Virus record (IMG/VR): IMGVR_UViG_3300025828_000014
From: a virus
DNA: 64,000 nucleotides
Reading direction: 5' to 3' (one strand)
Shown in pieces: positions 58,606-64,000 of this stretch. Position 1 is the stretch's first letter; every line of letters starts with the position of its first letter. Below the pieces are notes generated by a model. It did not search any database. It saw nothing but the letters and a program-made list of their open reading frames with translations, and was not told where the DNA came from. The position numbers were made by a program, and so were the translations under genes.

Positions 58606-60102
58606 ATGGCTTATATAATTAATAGTTTTAACGGATCACAATTAGTTACAGTTGAAGACGGCACAGTTGATACAACAACCGAACTAAAACTTATTGGAAA
58701 AAACTTTGCTGGATATGGAGAACAACAAAATGAAAACTTTGTGTTTTTATTAGAAAATTTCCAAGGAACTGTTGCTCCAACAAAATCTATCACAGGTCAA
58801 ATTTGGTATGATGCAACTAGTGAAAAAATTAGAGTATATGATGGCACAGCGTATAAATCAGTTGCAGGTGCCGAAGTAAGTGCTACACAGCCAACAGGTT
58901 TAGCCGAAGGCGATTTGTGGTGGAACAGCACAACTAACCAGTTATACGGAAAAAATTCTAACAATGAATGGAACTTAATTGGCCCGCAAGCAACAGCTGG
59001 CAGCACTACAGAAATGAAAAACATTATATTAGCTGATACTGGAGCAGTCGATCATAATGTTACTGCTGCATATGTTGAAGATTATATTGTTGCTATAATT
59101 AGCGAAGTAGATTTTGTGCCTGCATTAAGTCAACCAGATGTAACGAATTGGGTAGCAAGCGATTTTGCAACATTAAAAGCTGGGTATAACCTAAGAGGCG
59201 TTGGATCAAATGGTGTATCTACTACAGATAGTAGAGGTAATGTAAATCTTTATTATGGATCGGCACAAACAGCCTTTAAATTAACAGACGGTTCAGCAGT
59301 ATATAGCCCAAGCGATTTCCTTCAATCAGGACCAACTATTGATTTTACTTCTAGCACCGTAAACTTTGGCGACAATGGTTTTACCGTTGGTAATGATACT
59401 GATTTGACTGTAAAAATTGGCGCAGATTTAGAAACACCAAGATTGCAGTTACATAGAGATGAATTACTTATTGCTAAATCTGATGATACGACTGTCTGGC
59501 ATATTACCAATCTAGCAATTTATCCAGCACTAACCGGATTATCAATTGGTTTATCAGGAAGTCCATTAAACAACATTTATTCAAACAATTTTGTTGGAAC
59601 AGCTACACAAGCAAATACTTTAGAAGTGTCAGGAGTTTACCGTGCAGCATCAACAAGTGCCGCAAATAACTCAATCGCTGCTAGAGACGGAAGCGGAAAT
59701 ATCACAGCAAATATTTTTACAGGCACAGCAACTCAAGCTCGTTATGCTGACCTTGCAGAAAAATACACAACTGGTGATACAGAACTAGAACCAGGAACGG
59801 CAGTAGCAGTAATAGCCGACGATTGCTGTGAAGTAGGACCTGCTAAAGCTAGTGATATTTGCATCGGTGTTGTATCAACTGATCCAGCGATTATGATGAA
59901 TAGCGAAGCAGATGGGCAATACATTGCACTAAAAGGACGAGTTCCGGTTAAAGTTGAAGGTCCTGTAAAGAAAGGTCAAGCAGTCTATGCCTGGGATAAT
60001 GGAATATGTAAAACGGTTGCTACTAGTGCATTAGTAGGCGTAGCACTTGAATCCAACGAAGATATCTCAGTCAAGTTAGTTGAGTGTGTCCTAAAAGTAT
60101 AA
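58606..60102 (+). CDS. Tail fibre protein with C-terminal ADLAE chaperone-like domain
   Basis: Same N-terminal anchor; YADLAEKY..GVVSTDPA..MN..IALKGRVPVKV; TAAATA at 58573-58578. Confidence 0.75.
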   Translation: MAYIINSFNGSQLVTVEDGTVDTTTELKLIGKNFAGYGEQQNENFVFLLENFQGTVAPTKSITGQIWYDATSEKIRVYDGTAYKSVAGAEVSATQPTGLAEGDLWWNSTTNQLYGKNSNNEWNLIGPQATAGSTTEMKNIILADTGAVDHNVTAAYVEDYIVAIISEVDFVPALSQPDVTNWVASDFATLKAGYNLRGVGSNGVSTTDSRGNVNLYYGSAQTAFKLTDGSAVYSPSDFLQSGPTIDFTSSTVNFGDNGFTVGNDTDLTVKIGADLETPRLQLHRDELLIAKSDDTTVWHITNLAIYPALTGLSIGLSGSPLNNIYSNNFVGTATQANTLEVSGVYRAASTSAANNSIAARDGSGNITANIFTGTATQARYADLAEKYTTGDTELEPGTAVAVIADDCCEVGPAKASDICIGVVSTDPAIMMNSEADGQYIALKGRVPVKVEGPVKKGQAVYAWDNGICKTVATSALVGVALESNEDISVKLVECVLKV

Positions 60103-60105
60103 ATA
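60098..60105 (+). promoter_or_regulatory. T4-consensus late promoter TATAAATA
   Basis: Exact octamer overlapping the stop codon of the upstream fibre gene; SD GGAG follows. Confidence 0.7.
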
Positions 60106-60130
60106 CTAGCATATATTTTAGGAGTAAGCA

Positions 60131-61048
60131 ATGGCAGTTGGCGACATTATTTCTGTTGCACGATACAATCAGATGCAAGCACGAGCTGCAAAAGTTTTAG
60201 GCACAGGAAGCGGAACATTTGGATATGGACAATCAGTTGCAAGTAGTAGCTTACCTACTAACGTAAATAACAATCCAACCGTTGTTAACTCTGCTCATAT
60301 GCAAAGTTTAAAAACTGATTTACAAAAATCTTATGTTCACCAAAATAATAGTTTTCCAACACTAACCGATGTAGTAAGCCAAGACGATATTACTGATGCT
60401 GTATATGTAGAATACGAAACCGTATCAGTTGACATTGAGCAAAATGCTTTAAGTTATAATATAAATCAAATGACAGCACCTGAATCTAAACTTGCTGTTA
60501 CAAGAACTTCACAATGGGGACATCCTTCGGTTTCTACAATTATTCATGAATGGACTGTAAGTTTTAACAACAACAACCATTTACGAGCATTTTTTAACAG
60601 TGGCGGCGAAGTAAGAACTAGAGCAGCATTAAGTGGTGGTTCTGGAGCAAAATATACCAGTTGGGTTGCCATGGTTACAACCGTAGGCGTTGTAAAATTT
60701 GCTTACACTGATACCACAGCAAGCTCTGGAACTGATTATAATCGTGGTGCATATGACTTGACAGCTGGTGCAGATTATGTTAATATATGGTATTATGAAC
60801 CAGGCGCAGGAACTTATGAAAACAATAATATCACATATCAGGCCAAACTTAATTCTGCCGGAAATCAGTTAAGTTTTAAAGTTATTTACAGAGATGGTGA
60901 TCCAAATGATCCAGGCGACGGCACAGCCGGAATTGATGAAGCAGTAAGTGGAACATTTAGAAGTATTGTTGAGCAACAACGTGCAACAGGTAGTTATGTT
61001 GAAGTAGATAGTCCTGCGTATGCAAATACACAAACATTAGGTGAATAA
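60131..61048 (+). CDS. Virion structural protein
   Basis: VGDII....YN, YGQ, FFNSGGE, GTYENN, IDEAVSGT; paralog of the next gene. Confidence 0.65.
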   Translation: MAVGDIISVARYNQMQARAAKVLGTGSGTFGYGQSVASSSLPTNVNNNPTVVNSAHMQSLKTDLQKSYVHQNNSFPTLTDVVSQDDITDAVYVEYETVSVDIEQNALSYNINQMTAPESKLAVTRTSQWGHPSVSTIIHEWTVSFNNNNHLRAFFNSGGEVRTRAALSGGSGAKYTSWVAMVTTVGVVKFAYTDTTASSGTDYNRGAYDLTAGADYVNIWYYEPGAGTYENNNITYQAKLNSAGNQLSFKVIYRDGDPNDPGDGTAGIDEAVSGTFRSIVEQQRATGSYVEVDSPAYANTQTLGE

Positions 61049-62098
61049 ATGGCAAATGTAAATGTAGGAGATAGAGTCAACGCTGATGACTATAATAGCC
61101 GAAGAAACATTATTGATGATTTGTATGTTACTAAGTGGGCACAAACATCTCGTTCGGCAGATGTTGCAGCTTCAGTTGATCAAGTCGAAGCAGACCAATT
61201 AGAAGAACTATATCTTGATTTACAATCATGTTGGGTGCACCAAACTGGTGCAGTTGAAGCAAGTTTAGCAGTGCCTGCTGTTGGACAAACAATTGGCGCT
61301 GACACGTCTCAAGATTACAATCAATCTACAGGTGCGTTTAGTGCAGTATCAAATGGCACATTAATGGGATTTAATGATTTTGAAGCTCTGAATGTAGCAG
61401 TATCAAATTATCCAGCAAGTCATTTAAGTTATGATTCTAGTAGTTTTAGTTTAGAATCAACTGCTACTGCCCAAAGAACAACTAATTGGGGCGCAGCCGC
61501 TAGTAATAATGATATCTATCATGTTGTTGATGTTGATTGGGCAACAGAGGCTGCAAAGTTGGCTTGGCAAGATGCAAACGGTAGATTACATTTTACAGCC
61601 AGTTTAAGCAGCGGCACAGGCGCAAAATCATTAGATTGGGCTGCTCTTTTATCTGCAATGGGCACTGTTTACATTGACAAATACGATGTCAGCGCAACCT
61701 CAGGAACATCAAGCGGTATAGGACTTACTAATTTAACAGGCACTTATCAACAGATGTTTTCAAAGTCAGGAAGTGGTGTTTATTCAGATAACAACTATAG
61801 AATCTATGGTAAAGTAGTAAGCACCAGTGCTTATAGATTTCGTATAAGATTTTTTGATGGAGACACTGGAACAGGAGATCTTGCTGGTCCAGGAACAGGA
61901 ACTCCAATTGATGAAGAAGTAAATGGCACACTAGACAGTGCATGTGCAAGTTACAGTCCAGACAGTAGTTTTACCTATAATTCTGTAACTCAAGTAGCAG
62001 TCGACCTAACCGGAGTTACCAAAGGTGGAATTGTTACAAATGCATCAGGAACAACTCAAAACAATTTAGGCGATTATTCAGGTTCTGGATTGTTGTAA
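61049..62098 (+). CDS. Virion structural protein (paralog of 60131..61048)
   Basis: Shared VGD....YN, VHQ, RT..WG, SG.GAK...W, Y..N.Y.I, IDE.V.GT motifs. Confidence 0.65.
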   Translation: MANVNVGDRVNADDYNSRRNIIDDLYVTKWAQTSRSADVAASVDQVEADQLEELYLDLQSCWVHQTGAVEASLAVPAVGQTIGADTSQDYNQSTGAFSAVSNGTLMGFNDFEALNVAVSNYPASHLSYDSSSFSLESTATAQRTTNWGAAASNNDIYHVVDVDWATEAAKLAWQDANGRLHFTASLSSGTGAKSLDWAALLSAMGTVYIDKYDVSATSGTSSGIGLTNLTGTYQQMFSKSGSGVYSDNNYRIYGKVVSTSAYRFRIRFFDGDTGTGDLAGPGTGTPIDEEVNGTLDSACASYSPDSSFTYNSVTQVAVDLTGVTKGGIVTNASGTTQNNLGDYSGSGLL

Positions 62099-62101
62099 TA
62101 G

Positions 62102-62130
62102 TTGACAAATCGTCTTTTTCTGTGTATACT
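62102..62130 (+). promoter_or_regulatory. Sigma70-type promoter
   Basis: TTGACA (62102-62107), 17 nt, TATACT (62125-62130); SD GGAGG follows. Confidence 0.8.
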
Positions 62131-62147
62131 AATAATGGAGGTATACC

Positions 62148-62492
62148 ATGGATGACAGATTAAAAAAAGCTCTTGATTTTAGTAATTATATGATTACGCT
62201 TGACAATCAAAAACGTATCTTGAAAGAAAAATATCAAGAAGATTTACTATATTACTATGGCGGAGGCACATTTATTTCTACAAAAGAACTTATAACGTTT
62301 TGCTATAGTATGATATCCGCAGGACAAGAAGATACAGTTATTGTTGACAGCAATGATATTCCTATTAATGTAAATTTACAAGAGTTTGTACAAGGCGTAT
62401 CGGACACATATTTTAGAGCAAGCAACAAATACTATGTAGAATATGATAAGCTAAAAACAAATAGATCAGTTGAAGGTATTTTTGACACATGA
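62148..62492 (+). CDS. Hypothetical protein (possible fibre-assembly chaperone)
   Basis: ORF with strong SD; function inferred from context only. Confidence 0.6.
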   Translation: MDDRLKKALDFSNYMITLDNQKRILKEKYQEDLLYYYGGGTFISTKELITFCYSMISAGQEDTVIVDSNDIPINVNLQEFVQGVSDTYFRASNKYYVEYDKLKTNRSVEGIFDT

Positions 62493-63319
62493 GCAAGGGT
62501 GCTCTATTAATTGCATGTAATAACACACAAGTAGATTACATAAAACAAGCAATATTTTGTGCTGCAAGAATTAAACAGTATTTAAATATTCCAGTATCTC
62601 TTGTCACAGATAATGCTTCGTATTTAGAAGCAAACTATAAGCATGAGTTTGATAATGTAATTGAAATATCAAGCGAGAATAACAATTATAAAACATACAG
62701 AGATGGTGTATATAAAGAGTATAAATTACAATGGAAAAATTTAGATAGACACCGGGCATATGAACTATCTCCATATGATGAAACTATTTTAATGGATACT
62801 GATTACATCTTGTGTAATGATTGTTTGAAATATTGTTTTGAACAATCAAATGATATTATGTTATATAAAAATTCTACTGAATTATCAGGATGGAGAGATG
62901 TGAGGGAATTTAAACATATATCTGCAAATGGCATTGATTTTTATTGGGCAACAGTAATATATTTTAGAAAAAGTAAACAAACAGAATTATTTTTTAATCT
63001 TGTATCACACATTAAAGAATATTGGTATCATTACAAAAATTTATATAGAATCACAGCAAATACGTTTAGGAACGATTTTGCATTTAGCATTGCAATACAC
63101 ATAATGAATGGCCATATGTCAGGCAATTTTGTAAAACAATTACCGGGTAAGAAATATTATACCGTAGATAAAGATATTTGCTTAGATATCAAAAACGATA
63201 AAGTAAAATTTTTATTGCAAAAAAAAGATAGTATAGATTATTTTCCTGCAATAGTTGAAGGTTGCAATGTTCATATTATGAATAAATTTAGTTTGAATAG
63301 GTTGATTGATGAGCTTTAA
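62489..63319 (+). CDS. Glycosyltransferase-like protein (GT-A fold, DxD)
   Basis: SPYDETILMDTD, WATVIYF, FRNDFAFSIA. Confidence 0.7.
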   Translation: MSKGALLIACNNTQVDYIKQAIFCAARIKQYLNIPVSLVTDNASYLEANYKHEFDNVIEISSENNNYKTYRDGVYKEYKLQWKNLDRHRAYELSPYDETILMDTDYILCNDCLKYCFEQSNDIMLYKNSTELSGWRDVREFKHISANGIDFYWATVIYFRKSKQTELFFNLVSHIKEYWYHYKNLYRITANTFRNDFAFSIAIHIMNGHMSGNFVKQLPGKKYYTVDKDICLDIKNDKVKFLLQKKDSIDYFPAIVEGCNVHIMNKFSLNRLIDEL

Positions 63320-64000
63320 TTTTACTTTATTTGCACAGAACAGTGATGTTAATTATGTTCAACAGGCAAATGTTGCTGCAATGAGTCTAAAACTAACCAA
63401 TCCTACATGTAAAATTGCTCTTATAACAAATGATGTAGTTGACGACAAATATAAAGTTTTATATGATCACATTGTAGATATACCTTGGAAAGACGAAGCA
63501 GAAAATTCTACTTGGAAAGTTGAAAATCGTTGGAAAATATATCATGCTACACCATTTGATGAAACAGCAGTAATTGATACTGACATGTTGGTTTTGTCTG
63601 ACATTTCCCATTGGTATGATTTATTAAAAACAAAAAATGTATATTATGTCGATCGTGTATTGACATATAGAGGCGAAGTAGCAGATAATACATACTATAG
63701 AAAAGCATTTAGAAATCATCATTTGCCTAATTTATATGCTGGGTTTCATTGGTTCAAAAAATCAGATCAAGCACATGAATTTTTCAAATGGGTTGAAACA
63801 ATTATGCACAATTGGGAATTGTTTTATGGACAATATGCTGGAGGAAAATATTTCCAAAAATGGCCTAGTGTAGATGTAAGCAGTGCAATTGCAGCAAAAA
63901 TTTTACAATGCGAAGATCAAATTACTTTAAAAACCAGTTATCCAACTTTTACACACATGAAATTACATAACCAAAATTGGGATAAATTATGGGTAGACAG
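63309..64000 (+). CDS. Second glycosyltransferase-like protein, runs off right edge
   Basis: My translation from ATG at 63309: MSFNFTLFAQNSDVNYVQQA..ENRWKIYHATPFDETAVIDTDML..LPNLYAGFHWFKKS; paralogous to 62489..63319. Confidence 0.75.
   Translation, partial: MSFNFTLFAQNSDVNYVQQANVAAMSLKLTNPTCKIALITNDVVDDKYKVLYDHIVDIPWKDEAENSTWKVENRWKIYHATPFDETAVIDTDMLVLSDISHWYDLLKTKNVYYVDRVLTYRGEVADNTYYRKAFRNHHLPNLYAGFHWFKKSDQAHEFFKWVETIMHNWELFYGQYAGGKYFQKWPSVDVSSAIAAKILQCEDQITLKTSYPTFTHMKLHNQNWDKLWVD

Noticed and set aside
1-64000. Stop-codon reassignment, tRNA genes, inteins
   Set aside because: Core genes are full length in the standard code; I saw no cloverleaf or intein motifs by eye, though tRNAscan was not run.

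Overview
This 64-kb, AT-rich window is part of a large T4-like (myovirus-type) phage genome and carries most of the virion morphogenesis genes. From left to right: two giant paralogous fibre-like proteins on the minus strand; a head module (major capsid gp23, scaffold gp22, protease gp21, acidic core protein, portal gp20); a tape-measure-like gene divergent from a gp26-like hub/chaperone; a GIY-YIG nuclease followed by a GC-rich structured non-coding tract; gp46/gp47 and late sigma factor gp55; a long plus-strand baseplate/tail-fibre operon (gp53, hub, gp5-like spike, cell-wall hydrolase, gp25, gp6, a 4583-aa wedge protein, fibres); and glycosyltransferase-like genes. TAAATA late-promoter boxes precede most structural units, and three sigma70-type promoters are visible. 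The most striking observation is that the 2620-aa protein has ten tandem helical domains, and its neighbour at least one more, that match phycobiliproteins in register, including the bilin-binding Cys-x-Arg-Asp motif. This suggests a bilin-chromophorylated virion protein. Other highlights are a ~290-nt pseudoknotted ncRNA candidate abutting the GIY-YIG gene and a probable -1 frameshift at the end of gp26. All family assignments are by motif recognition; no searches were run.
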